Source: Octopus sinensis
Taxonomy: Eukaryota
Assembly: GCF_006345805.1 (NCBI RefSeq)
Contig: NC_042999.1
Coordinates: 58,838,001 to 58,902,000 of the forward strand
Direction: 5' to 3'
DNA: 64,000 nucleotides
Shown: positions 13,325 through 26,792 of the stretch, piece after piece
Numbering within the stretch: the stretch's first letter is position 1
Layout of the letters: each line of letters starts with the position of its first letter
Program-made: the position numbers and the translations under genes
The notes under the pieces: generated by a model
What the model was told of the DNA's origin: nothing
Seen by the model: only the letters and a program-made list of their open reading frames with translations
The model's database searches: none

Positions 13325-15403
13325 AGAATGCCATGTGAGCAAATGCACGAAGCAAGAAAACTGTAACTAAGAAACTTAACTCTGAGAATCTCTGGTTCTT
13401 TATACCTGACATGTTTATCTCACACTGTGATGTCCACAAATAGACCCAGAGATTTAAAGGGAAATCATAATTCGTTTTATGTTGATTGAATAGTTAGTGA
13501 AATGCGTAAAATAATACCAAACCAGATTTTGAAATTTTATGTTTACGTATGACGATTCTGAACATTACCGCAATGTATCACAGGTAACTTATCTTGTTAT
13601 GCTGCTGAGAGAAATCTTTAAATAGCCATGCTAGTGTGTCACATGTTTTGGTTATAAAAAAAAATTAATGCTATTTCAAGCAAAAAAGTAAAAAAAAAAC
13701 TCTCAGTACCGTTGGTTCTGTGTTTCATTTACGACTGAATCTAGTTAAAACTAGGTCACGTGCTAAGCCATTCAAACTTGTCATCCTTTGATAGTCATTG
13801 ATAATTGCAGTTAATCGCTTTGTCGACAATCCTACTAGCCTCGTACGTTTCTTAGCTAAGAAACTATAGAAGTTGATTGACACTGTTTTTCTTTATTCTG
13901 ACAAGGAATGCATTCATTACCATACTTCTATCTGATAATTTGTCACTATTACTGGAATTTTAAAAACAACACAATTTTTTCTGTAACAGTCACAAAAATA
14001 TCGATTATTTTAAATTGAATGCAAGGTCAAAAATACTGAAGCGATGAAGGAAGTAGGTTTGCCCGAGATTTATAACGATTTCTTAGACATTACCGATGTC
14101 TTTGGGTGAGGAGAAACTGCAAGCTGAAATTGAAAACTGGCTGCGAAATTTGCTCACTAACTACTTCTACTGAAGAAGCAAACATCGTGTTTTTATTCGT
14201 TTACTTTACACACAACATGTTTACTTTATCCTTCAAAACAAATATTATTTGAAATCTTAAATATAGATTTTTTTCTCTTATTTTATTCGTGATATGAAAG
14301 ACATCTCGACTAATGAATCTATATTTGTCGTTATATTAAGAAGAAAAAAAAAGCGATGTTTGTTTTTAACACTTAATTGAAGCCAACAACGAATTCAATT
14401 ACATTTTCTTCAACAATTATCCAAAATAAAAGTCTAATGATATGAGATTCTTTGTTTTTTTAACAACTCAGTGAAACAAATTAAATCCATTATTGACAAG
14501 AATAACCTATGAATTTTTTGTTTTTGCAGAAATGAAAAAGGGAATAAAACAAACATAAAACCATATTTGAATTCTAGTGAAGAAATAAGCCGTTTAGCAA
14601 GAATGGAATGTTTCAGAAATTTCTTTTTTGTTGTTGGATTTTACGTAGAAAATAACATGGGTTTTGCTTCATCTCGCTTTTAATGCTGTTGATGTTGTTT
14701 GAAATTTTATTGGAATTAATTCGATCATTCTAATGTCAAACTAATAAATAGGTTTTCAGGCAACTAAATTAGATTGAGAAAAATATAGAAAATTGGAAAT
14801 GACGAGCGAGATAGGAAGAGTGATGGAAGATAAATATCAGAATGACTTATTTTGACATGCGATAAACATTTCAACGAGATTTTAAAGAAACTTAAATCGT
14901 GTTTAATAACATGCAGTGATTCATATATTGAATATGGATATAACAGATTGTCATTCTTTAATCTATGTATAACTGGCTCTATTAAATCAGATAAACAACT
15001 GATTTCTCAGTACAGAAGACTCTAATGACGTCATTGAAAACTGGGACACATCAAACTAATAAGTCACTGAAGTTGATCAGCATGAAAAATATACCCAATC
15101 AATTATTAAGTTAGTGTGCGGATGTTCTTATTTTTGCTAATTAACGGCTTGTTATTTATTTGTTATGAATGTATTTATTTTCAATACCCATCAGTGTACA
15201 TTGATATACATTATTTAATAATTATCTGATCACTAAACCAGCAGCTAGAAGGAAGACTATCCTTTACTGAGGAGGGGAAATACTATCGAAATATATCTAA
15301 ATTTATCTCCCATGGTTACCGAAAGGAATGCAATTAACTGATGACTCATTTACACACTCTAGTTATAGTATTGTTAATATTTAAATACACAATACATAAA
15401 ATA

Positions 15404-16653
15404 CGAGAGTGGTTTTTACCGAAATTAATGCAAAGAATGGACATCACTGCATCATTGACTGCTATAGGTCGTTCAAATTGCGCATGATGGTGGGGGTACT
15501 TCTCCCTCTATACTAAATTTTTTTACTGTATTTCTACATCGCAGTCAAATAATAGATACCAATTAGAAACGATGTACGGTCATTGAGGTCTTGATAATGA
15601 GAAGATCCAGGCTGTCCGTCATCCGCGGAAGGTCAGCTGATGCTTACAGAGATGTTGGCAAAAGAGATATGCATATTTGTTTGAAGACGTTCAAGGGGGG
15701 AAGCAAGTATTGATGAAAGACCGTGCAGCAGAACATGAAATACGATAACTATCGCGAAATATTTGGGAGAGGACGAAGCAATTTGGGAAGACAGACGAGA
15801 CATAACTCTTAAATTGCGGCCTAGGTGGACTGTTGTAACAATGTATTACAAACAATGGTGGAAGACTGGATATTAGAAAGTGTAAAGTGGATATCTCGGC
15901 AATTCATAATCGACTGAAAGGTGAGAAGGGTGGAAGTCTACTTTGATCTCATGAAAAAGACTATGCAAACAATATTTCCATACTTGGTGAGATAGGATGA
16001 CACGTGGGCATATACTTTTTCACTTTTTGTTGTATAAAATGAAGAGCAAACAAAAGTTTTGTATTCAGTTCCTTAGTTGGTCGCTGCATTATTTCTTTGA
16101 ACAACACGTTGCTTCAGTCTATTCAACTGATACGAGTGCATTTTGATATCTCAACGTTGTTGTTCTACTGGAACAGTTGTAGACGAACAAGAGGATGCAC
16201 CGAAAATGATCAGCAAAAGTCTATATAGATGCGGTACGCCTCTACGGTTTAAGAATTTTTGGAACCAATTATCAACACAGGAAGTTATGGAGCATGACTA
16301 GGGTGCGATTTTCTTTTATGTTCGGGAAAATGAATGTACAATAAGCAATGAACGGTACATTCACCGTTCTACTCGTATCGGGATCACTAGAATTTCCATG
16401 TGTTGGTCTAATGAAGAACAGTCCTCGGGCACTTGATAAACGAGGTGAATAGGCGGGTATGACGAATTCACACATGATTGTTTTTAAAGACGTTTACGGA
16501 TTTAGACACAAATGCTTCTACTATGATAGAAAGTATGCTGCGTAATACCTTTGCATGTTGGAAGTGTTAGTCAAACGTGCAATTTGAACGGTATATGTCG
16601 GTTAATAAATAAAGGTTATGCTCACAATTGCATTACTTTTGGTATAACCCTCC
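15404..16653 (+). mobile_element. old mariner relic
   Basis: Degenerate TIRs (CGAGAGTGGTTTTTACCGAAATTAATGCAA / TTGCATTACTTTTGGTATAACCCTC). Decayed motifs resembling KWIPR, GDETW and DFHxFGxMK. Confidence 0.55.
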
Positions 16654-16669
16654 CCTGATAACACATAGC

Positions 16670-18600
16670 TGTAATAAACTCACCACAATCTAAATACATG
16701 CATATAAAGTAATTTCTAAATAAAACTGAAATACTCTTCCACTTTTTGTTGTATAAAATGAAGAGCGAACAAAATGTCGCTGCATAGTTTCTTTGAACAT
16801 CACGTTGCTTAAGTCTATTCAAGTGATACGAATGCATTTTGCTATCCCATCGTTGTTCTACTGGATCAGTTTGTAAACGAACAAAAGGATGCACCGAAAA
16901 TAAGCAGCGAAAGTATGGTAGAGAGTGACAAGTCATCTGGAATTCCAAATGACAACCGTGATTTTAGTAGTTTAGTCGAATATGAAGGATAATATTTGAA
17001 ACTGCATTATTGGAATGTATAAAGCATCAGCTTCTAAAAGCAAATCGCTCTGTTCTTGGAAATGCATTCGACAATAACTCCGCTGAGACAGAGTGCAACT
17101 CTCTGAACTGTAAATAAGCGAGGATATTATATTACATATAGCGTCACAGATCTCATTAAGAGATTTCATTTATTTCTATTTGTACTTGATATTATTTTAT
17201 GTTTAGTTTTTTTTTTAAGTTTAGACAATCAAGCAATTATTCCTACCATTGAACACATGTTTACGGTTGCTGCATTGTTGCTATCGCTGCTGCTGTTTGA
17301 TTTGAGGTAAGGATTGCTTCACCACACCTATAATCAAAGATGTTCTAGTCGTGGCTATTTAGTTATTTTCAAACACGCATTGCACTCACGATCACCTTCT
17401 CCAAACTCTTCCTTTCTAAGATGGTAAAGCTGGATCCCCCCCTCCCATATAGACTTCATTGTTGGCTCGTCATATTTACCGTTCACTTTTACATTATTAT
17501 TGTCAGCAAAACGGTCTCTGTGAAATTTTATATGCATGCTGTACTGACACAAACAATGTTTAATGGTATCAAGAATCGAGTAGCTGTGCATCCCTAGAGG
17601 CATCAATATATCTTCCATATATTTAGACCCAAATTTATCACTGTCAAGAACTACGTGATTATTGTGATCAGCAATCTGTGCATCTTAAAAGAAATCACGT
17701 ACAGATGTTTACATAAATTGACAATCTTGTTTTCACCGAACGTTAACCTATTTATCAGAAGACTATGACGCCATTTTGAAAGCATTACATAAATAAAACT
17801 GTTCTCAAGGGATATACAAGTAGAATACTCAACACGATAATCTCTTACAGGATATGTTTTGACATTTTGAAAACTTTACAGATTACATCAGCCATTTTAT
17901 ATTTTTTGCTACTTATACTCGTTCTTACCAGACAAATTCTCAGAGACAATAAATCTTAATAAATATTCTTCTGTAAATTACTTTGGGTTTCCAGTATGGG
18001 AAGCTGAACTTACTTCCACCGTTGATTCGAAACTTTAAAAGTTAACATAATACGCTTAGCGTAAGTAACATGAATTATGAAAACGAAAAGGAAAAAATGT
18101 AATAAAATGCACTATACTGAAGGATGTTGGGGTTTATATAATCTTTGACGCTCACCTGGATATTTTTAAATATATGGTTATAATATTTTCCTGTTCACAA
18201 CCTTCCTATAGGAGTGAATCGATAATTCTTGTCAGGAAATGTATTTTATATTTATGATTCACGCTTGTCTGCATCTACAGCCTGATTTTACACAATTCTT
18301 CATTTTGATATTTTCTGTTACTGTAATTTGCTATTTGGTATCAGTCCTGAAATGACTTGACATGATTATTCCAAGTTATTCATGTGAGGAATTCTAAAAA
18401 GTTGGATTAAGTTGATGTGACAGGATGGTCACTTAACGAAAATGTTAGGTGAAACTATTGGTATGGATTGCTAAATATTGTATTAATATTCAAATCTAAC
18501 ACATTCGTGGAGTTCCTTGTTCAGTGGAGCTTTCAGTGACAGGTAGAATTTTAATCTCTTCCTGAGTTCCGATAGGAAAATGCCAAGAGTTTAAGATTAT
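16670..18600 (-). pseudogene. decayed plexin-like cytoplasmic (RasGAP/RBD) domain, apparently intronless
   Basis: Colinear minus-strand fragments: DHPV; NNLE*SCQVISGLIPN; LSVLC*LLKFRINGG..HTG..TEEYLLR; VVLDSD; EGGIQLYHLRKEEFGEGDR; KHVFN; KHKI..K*NLLMR..VI*YPRLF. Order and spacing match recalled plexin motifs DHPV, EKGLKLFAQLINN, LFSLFCAIKQQMEKG..TG..SEDKLIR, VLQDED, GVKLWHLVK..EGDR, KYMFD, KHQI..WKSNCL..VIKNPQF. Many stops and frameshifts. Confidence 0.6.
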
Positions 18601-18663
18601 GTCGCGAAGTATTTGCTGTCCACTTCAGAAATAGATTTGCTTTAATTAAATATTCAATAATTA

Positions 18664-19332
18664 CAAGGTGCATTCCAGAAGTTTTAGACTTTTCCAGGAG
18701 AGATATTTATTAATTTTAGAGAAGTACAAAACTTTAATTTTTTCCAAACTAGGATCATCTGACATTAATATACTTGTTGTAGCGCTCCAGCCACTCCGTG
18801 AAGGCTTCAAACTGAAGTTGTCCGAGACCTGTTATCCTTCAAATTAAAGTTGTCCGGGACTAGTCACAACCGTCTTCACCTCCTTCAGCTTGTGGAGCAA
18901 CCAGAAGTCACAAAAGCAAGGTTTTAAGTATAGGGAGAGTGAAGGGCAGTTTAGATACCCATGTCTGTCGAGTAGTTGGATACCTGGACAGGATGGAAAT
19001 TAAGTTTGGTGTATTATCTTGGTGCTGGTGTCACTGACTCGAGGGGAAGAACTTCTGAGTTTTGCTTCGAAATGTCCTGCTGAACTCCATTTCCATAAAG
19101 TACTCTTTGTCAATCGTAGGCCAAAAGGGAACCCACTGAATTTAGATGATGGAGTTGAAAAAGGGGAATCATCATGAAATTGCCGGTGGACGTATCTTGC
19201 ATGACTCTCTTTGGTCTGTGGGAACCAGGATGCTTCCGTAAATCCTATGCCCACGGGTTTATGGCGTAGTGGTTAAGAGCGCGGCCTACTAACCCCAAGG
19301 TTCCGAGTTCGATTCCAGGCAGTGACCTGAAA

Positions 19333-19364
<32 letters not shown>

Positions 19365-19727
19365 CAAAAACAACAACAACAACAACAACATCGGAAAATA
19401 CCTTAGGAATGAGAACCCAGATTAGAAATTTCCCCAAGACACCCGAAGAAGGCTGGAGGGTATATCAGCCGAAACGTTGTTTTAACAACAAACAAGATGA
19501 ATATAAAAATCCGTCAAATGTAAATAATGTACATATTCCTCATCTCTTAAATATAGAACTGTATTCAAAATGCTGTTACATTCGTTTATTTCAGTCTGGA
19601 GTAAAGATAATTTGGCAGGTCAGCTTATTAAATGTATAGTAAGGGTTTACTAAAATTGCAATAACGTAGAACAGTTATAACTGTCTCTCGTAAAAAAAAG
19701 GTATCAAAACTTCTGGAATGCACATCG
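18664..19727 (-). mobile_element. mariner relic interrupted by a SINE-like insertion
   Basis: Inverted termini CAAGGTGCATTCCAGAAGTTTT (preceded by TA) / AAAACTTCTGGAATGCACATCG. Minus-strand HQDNTP and HSPY..LAFCDFWLLHKLK (YSPDLAP-type) remnants. Confidence 0.75.
19255..19563 (+). mobile_element. tRNA-headed SINE-like element with hammerhead motif (family E), copy 1
   Basis: A box TGGCGTAGTGG, B box GAGTTCGATTCC, (AAT)n(AAC)n spacer, then GACAC-CCGAAGA-A-GGCTG...CAGCC-GAAA-CGTT-GT (19438-19480; core U4>C). Homologous to 36336-36626. Confidence 0.8.
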
Positions 19728-20172
19728 GATGGATGCCTAAATTTCTTGGCGTTCAGAATGGAAGAATCTAAAATTTCGGACTAAATTGCCAGATAGAAGT
19801 GCAACAAAATGAAATGAAAGTGTTGAATATTAGGTTCTGGAAGTAAGTGAGGAAATGGTTTCAGCGAAGAGAGATGAAGAAAGTGTTGCGCAGGATGAGG
19901 TTTCATAGGGAAAGATTGTTGCCATGAGTCGCTAACACGAGTAATAAAAATGGAATGAGTTAATTAGCGTGTGGGAGATTGGTTGGTGAGGACTGGTATG
20001 CAAGGAGGCCTATACAGTCTGGCTGGCAATATACTGAATTTAACTAGTAGAGGATATAATATACCCACGGTTATATATGCTCATATACACAAATCAGGCA
20101 AGTGCGCATGGCATAGAAAGACATGGAGATGAGAGACAGGAAAGAAGAAGGGGAAGAGTTTGGTGTTCCTAC

Positions 20173-20242
20173 CACTAGAAGCTGCCATTTCTGTTTTCTC
20201 GTTGGTGAGGGATCAGAAGATTTCAACTGTCTATTTATTAAG
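20173..20242 (-). CDS. candidate short exon
   Basis: TTTTTTAGTTTAG|C TTA ATA... LINRQLKSSDPSPTRKQKWQLLV|GTAGGA. Ends in phase 0, matching the start of 8418-8601. Confidence 0.25.
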
Positions 20243-22353
20243 CTAAACTAAAAAAATATTCATGGTATCAGTGTTCAGAAAGAAATAGTGATCGTGAGAA
20301 AGAGAGTAGGATAGAGAGAGAGAGAGAGAGAGAGTGAGAGAAGGAGAGAGTGTGTGTGAGAGAGAGAGTCTTATATCAACGAAGAGTTTATAATTGTACG
20401 ACCTTTTAGAAAAAGCTATATATATATATACATTGGGTATTGTATCTAAGATAAGCCACACTCGAAAAGGAAAAAGGATGGGATGATCATAGGCGAAATG
20501 CTTTTGATCATGTCGAATCTATCGGATAAACAATCTATCGACTGTAGATTCTTCTGTTTAAACCACTAATTATTTATATACACCGCATATATTTACATTG
20601 TATAAAATTTATTTCTGATCTCATTTTCTTATCAGTGATGTTTAATCCACACAGTTTCTAGTTTCTTGTTACACATTTAAGTATAGCTTTCAAAAATTGT
20701 TTTGTTTTATTATATTTTTTCAAATAGATCGGGGCCCACAAGAGAAAAACATGATGATGTTCGAACATCTGGTACCGATATCTTTCTAATCGGCAATTGC
20801 ATTTCATATGCAATAAAAAATATTATTTGGTGTTTTTGTGTATAAATTTCACATTTTCACCAATATTTGGTTATGTGATAATTACTTGTTTCATCCGAGT
20901 TTGGTGAATTTCAGAACATTTTCAACAATATTTATATACACTTATCAAAAGCCTATGCTGTTTTTAGTGTTAGTCAATTCATAAGTTAAGAAAATATATG
21001 TTTCCGTCTAAAACTATAGTAAGGCCTCGTTACATTTCATATATGTATTTGGGTCATTTCAAGCTATAATATATGAAATGAACTAAGACTCATTGTCAAA
21101 CTTTCTAATATGTTAAAATGAAGGCATTAAAGCTTCCATATTATACTGTTATGCTTTTAATTCTAAAAGACAAGCGTAACTATTGGACGCATTTCCACGT
21201 TTTGGTGAAAGCACATTGCTAAAATTTCCTGTTACACAAACTGAAAAGACTGCAAGGTTTAATTTGTAAACTATTCCATCATACCAACTATCTGAAGAAT
21301 ATCAGGCAACAGTGAGCGTGACTGCTTCAGATATTGTTGATAATTCGTCGAACAAAACCAAGCAAACGAAGTTACAACTTCATTAAAAACCTATATTTTG
21401 TTTATTTCCGACCTTAATTATAAAACTCTGCAGTGGAAATAGCCTTGAGAACATTTCATGAACAAATTAATCTTCTCTCCAATGAGCTACTCCATTCCCT
21501 ATTGTTTTCGGATGGCTGAAATATTCCCCCTCCTTGCCTAAAGGACGAGATACATAATTAAATATCAACGAAGAGAGATAGTCTGATTGTTAAATTCCAG
21601 TGAAATGACAATGTACTGGTAAAAGAGAAATGTTAGTTTGATAGTTAAATAACAATAAAGACGCTTCTATATAAAAGTGGCTAACAAATTTGGCTGTTCA
21701 ATGGGGAAAGGAAATAGATAAGGCGAGGCGATTCTTGTAGGAAATAGTGCAGAGAAATCTATTAGTTAAAGTTATACACAATATATAATCAAAATAATTT
21801 GGCTTCTATTATTTGTTCTTTTTCTGTTGCTGTCGTTGTCTTACGTGTGCTGATTCAATCAACCCATTTTAGATTTAGCACTTGAACAACTGTTGAGTAA
21901 ATTGTCCCCATTTATTTGTCCCTTTGATTTGGGCACTAAACGAAATCTTCATTCACGTGGAGATATCATAAGTAAAGCAACAGCATACATTTTTTTATCG
22001 TTTTACTCATTGGAGGAAGAGTAAAGCCCACGATCTTTTGTAAAGCAGTAGACACATGTAGAAATATTAAGAAGAGAGGCAGAATCCACTACATCAGTAA
22101 CTGAATAAGAAATAACACGTCAATATATTGAAAACACTTAAGCTAGTTTTGCTTGCATGAGAAAAGAAAGCATTAACGTACAAAAACAGAGAAGCGGTGT
22201 TCCCCAGGGTTTTATAAAGTGGTAGCATAAGTAGAGTGTCTGACAATTTACATTTATTTCAATTCTATGTTCATGTCCAAGGGTTGAATTTACTTTACAC
22301 CTTCTCAGGTAAATCAAATACACGGGTTGATGAGATCGATTACAGTCCATACC

Positions 22354-22452
22354 ACAGGTGTGACAGTGTGGTAAGAAGTTTGCTTGCGAACCACATGGAT
22401 TCGGGCTCCGTCCCACTGTGTAGCACCTTGGGTAAGTGTTTTCTACTATAAC
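22354..22452 (+). mobile_element. SINE family A head fragment abutting a PLE
   Basis: GTGTGGTAAGAAGTTTGCTT...CACCTTGGGTAAGTGTTTTCTACTATA, homologous to the heads of the full family A copies. Confidence 0.75.
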
Positions 22453-22454
22453 CT

Positions 22455-23682
22455 TCTCGATACGTTGGGTAAAACATTTCCTGGTATATATTTCACCATT
22501 TACAAAGATGATGCTCCAGCTTTAACCACAAACGCCAATGGACATGCAGAAGATCGGTTTAGGAAGGACATTATCCAAATGATGAAGACATTCGATCTTA
22601 GCATAACAATAGATACCAACCTGACGGTTGTCAATTACCTAGATCAGTGCTTTTCAACCTTTTTGCTGGAGCGGAACCCCCAAAAAACATTTCACTGGCT
22701 CGAGAAACCCCTGTGCAATAATTTGTCTTCTATCTGCACAGTAGAATTAAAAATTACTGTCGACAGCCATTTTTGTAACTTCTTGCGGAACCCCTGGACT
22801 GTACTGGTGGAAACCTAAGGTTCCGCGGAACCCTGGTTGAAAACCACTGACCTAGATGTATCTTTAGATTTAAATAAGAATACTTACAAACCCTATACAA
22901 ATCCCAACGATAGACTTAGCTATGTTAATGTAGTTTCCTGCTATCACCCCAAGTATTTAATAATTTAGTTAAAAACATTAGCAAGCGTGTTTCTAGCCTC
23001 TCCTCAAATATAGACATTTTTAATAGTGTTTCCCCATTATATAATAAAGCTCTGAAAGATAGTGGTTTTAGCGAGGAAATAACCTATACACCTGTTATTA
23101 GTCCAGTAAGAAAGGAAAAGAAAAATAGGAATAGGAAAATTATCTGGTTCACACCACCTTACTCCCTCGAAGTGACCTTTAATATAGGTAGATATTTCTT
23201 ATCATTTATAGATAGGCAATTTCCAATCAATCATAATTATAGAAAGCTCTTTAATAGGCACAACTTAAAAATTAGTTATAGTTTTACTTCTAACTTTAAA
23301 AATATTGTTGCACACAATAAACAAAAACAACAAAATGAAGCCGGCTGTTCATGCTGAGTTAAAACATTTGTGCCCGCTAAATGGAGCTTGTATGATCGGG
23401 GCCATCATTTATGAAACCACCATAGACACTACAACCACTAAGGACATAGCTTTGTCAAAGAAATATGTGGGTCTCACAGAGGGAAATTTTAAAGCCAGGT
23501 TCAACAATCACACTTTAAGCTTCAGACACCGGGATCAAAGGAAAACAACCAAGTTATCCAGTTATATATGGTCCTTAAAAGAAGAAGGTGTCAGCTATAA
23601 GATTCACTGGAAGATCTTGACCAAGTTTAAGCCTTACACCAACGGCAGTGGAAATTGCAGTCTTTGCGAGATTGAAAGATGA
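22455..23682 (+). mobile_element. Penelope-like element relic (RT YxDD to GIY-YIG endonuclease)
   Basis: IYKDDA; VNYLDVSLDL; RNRKIIWFTPPYS; NIGRYFLSFIDRQFP..KLFNRHNLKISYS; CPLNGACMIGAIIYE; YVGLTEGNFKARFNNHTLSF; LSSYIWSLK; CSLCEIE. Confidence 0.92.
22645..22849. mobile_element. hAT (Charlie-type) MITE nested in the PLE
   Basis: TIRs CAGTGCTTTTCAACC / GGTTGAAAACCACTG. Perfect 8-bp TSD ACCTAGAT at 22637-22644 and 22850-22857. Removing it rejoins the PLE reading NYLD-VSLDL. Confidence 0.93.
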
Positions 23683-24629
23683 CTCATCTGGAAAAATTAC
23701 CGAAACAAATACCTCAAGACATTCAGTTTGGCTCTTTTGCAATTCCACAATCACATTCACCATGATGGTGCGCATGCGTATGCATTTTTGGCAACAAACG
23801 TGACAGGCAATTTGGGCAGGCTAGATATCCTTTATCTCCTGTCCAAGCAGGATCTGATATCTTCCAGCTTCTTTCTGTTCAGTTCAACGAAGCACAGTCT
23901 TCGGGAGAGCGATTTGATAATTCTTCAATAGACAGCCAACGTGATCTTCCACAGGCCTAACAAGTAGCAAAATTATATATAAAAAAAATAATAATACAAG
24001 GCAAAATTCTGTGATACATAAATGTACGTATGAGATATTGACATACTGGAAATATCGGTCCTCATCTAACCATCAGAGTTAATCCTTTTGCCCGTCCAAA
24101 GTGTTTTCATAACTTCGTCCTAAACGTCCAAGGTTCACTTCATACATTTAAATAGCTCTTGTTTCAAATGTTTTGAGTAATGTAAAGCCTTCTCTTCATA
24201 AGTCTCACATTCCCTTGGTAAACAGAAGCAACATCACTCAAATAACAAGCGAGGTTATACAAAAGGAAAAAGACAAACCGGTAATACAATCTTAGAAAAT
24301 TTATGCTGCAAAAATATTGCAGTGTCTAGGGTTAAAATATCTTTGATTAGACTTAATAGGAACTGGCCACTATCACAGCTACTACAATCACAACGACGAC
24401 GACGACAATGGCGATGACCAGCACCAGCAGCAGCCGTCCAAGAATTTGGGCCTGGAGATCTCCATTTCCAGCGACTTCGAGGGCCAGCTCCCAGTGGTGT
24501 CGGGCGTCAACGAAGAGGCCTCGACTACAAGACGACCAAAGTTTTTTTTTTTTCTCTCTTCCAAGGTCTGGGGGTCTCCTGCCCCTAAGCCCTAGACCAT
24601 CACCTAATCACCCTTACCCGTCTTGTTGC

Positions 24630-25127
24630 TTAACAACAACAACAACAACCACAACAGCACTAGCAGCAGCAGCAAAATCAACACCACCACCACCACCACC
24701 ACCATCACCACCACAACCATCCCCATCACCACCACCACCACCACAACCATTACCACCATAACCATCCCCATCACCACCACAACCACCACTACCACCACCA
24801 ACAACAACACCACCACCAACTCCACCGCCACCACCACCACCACAACCACCACCGCCACCACCACCACCACCACCACACCACCACCACCACCAACACAACA
24901 ACAACAACCACAACAGCACTAGCAGCAGCAGCAAAATCAACACCACCACCACCACCACCACCACCATCACCACCACAACCATCCCCATCACCACCACCAC
25001 CACCACAACCATTACCACCATAACCATCCCCATCACCACCACAACCACCACTACCACCACCAACAACAACACCACCACCAACTCCACCGCCACCACCACC
25101 ACCACAACCACCACCGCCACCACCACC

Positions 25128-25172
<45 letters not shown>
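24630..25172. repeat. (CAC/CAA)n low-complexity tract duplicated in tandem, about 259-bp period
   Basis: Marker TAGCAGCAGCAGCAAAATCAAC occurs at 24661 and 24920, each followed by a near-identical triplet pattern. Confidence 0.85.
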
Positions 25173-25173
<1 letters not shown>

Positions 25174-26419
25174 CCATGAAAAACGGCTGGAGCAGCAACA
25201 CCAACAACTTCGAATATTGAGACACTCTTAGCTGAAAGTTCGAAAAATATAATTTTCTGTTGTTTTCTCTTTCTACTCAAAGGATTATGATTTGTATTGT
25301 ATGTTTTTCCTTCTTTAAAAAAAAACAAAACAAAAAATAATCAGAATAGAATACTATTTTCTAATCTAATCTTGTCTTGTCAAGATTGTTGTCTATTCAG
25401 CATTTTTTTTATTGCGTTTTAGCTGAGTTCAGCATAAAGAACCTCTGACTACTATAGAAGTTGATATTTGAAAGAGCATTCATGCTTACTTGGAGGGGAC
25501 AAGCAAAGAAATACTTGCTGCATAATGGGATTAGAAGCGCTGTGAATCAAATTTATCAACATAAAGGCGAATATTTCATTTTAAATAGAAATTTATTCAA
25601 ACACACACAACCTGACAAACATATACACGCAGACATGGGCATACACGCATGCGAGTACGCACTTATACATACGCAAATAAAAGCATACAGACATCCCCTC
25701 ATATATATATATATATATATGTGATGCCATTATAACAAATAATATGACTCAATGTGATTTTTTGTAGATTAATGCAATTTATCATATAAACAGCGTCAGA
25801 CATTTATATGTTTCAAATCTATTACTTACATACACACACATACATACATACATACACAGACACAGACACACATACACTCTCACACACACACGCACGCACG
25901 CACTCATATGTCCGGTAGCATTCATTGGCGGCATCTTTTTTCTTTGTGAGTGCAAAAGCCGATAGCTCTTAATACGCACTTGAAGCGAAATTCGTACGGC
26001 AAATGTAGTTGTATCACTAATATATTTTGTTAGATAAGATTCTTATAAAATAGGTATTACGTTTCGTCTCGTCTATGAGGTGGGGGGGGGATTTCTGTTT
26101 TGTAAGACTAAATTTTATGAAATAATATATAGTGCATTTACTAAAAAATTCTACCTGGTGCCACCTTTTCTTATCAGCAGATATCACTACGTGTTTATGC
26201 ATGTAAGCATGTGAGAATACGTACATAAATATTTCGAAAGTAAATAGACATCCCTCATTAAGACCTTTTATCTGTTCGGACAGTACTCGTTAGTATGATG
26301 AAGAAACGAATTAAATCATTGAAAAGTGAATACCGCATGTCTTTCTAAATACTATATTCCGTATTTAAACGTAGCAAATTACAATATTTTATTTCTACTA
26401 ATATTCAAAATGATTTGAG

Positions 26420-26780
<361 letters not shown>

Positions 26781-26792
26781 TACGTCTTTAAT

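Noticed and set aside
19255-19330. Possible genuine tRNA gene (also the other SINE heads)
   Set aside because: Acceptor stem does not pair and the head is embedded in a multi-copy repeat; treated as a SINE head.
24408-25328. Pro/Thr/Gly/Val-rich ORFs (mucin- or extensin-like)
   Set aside because: Products of the (CAC)n tract.
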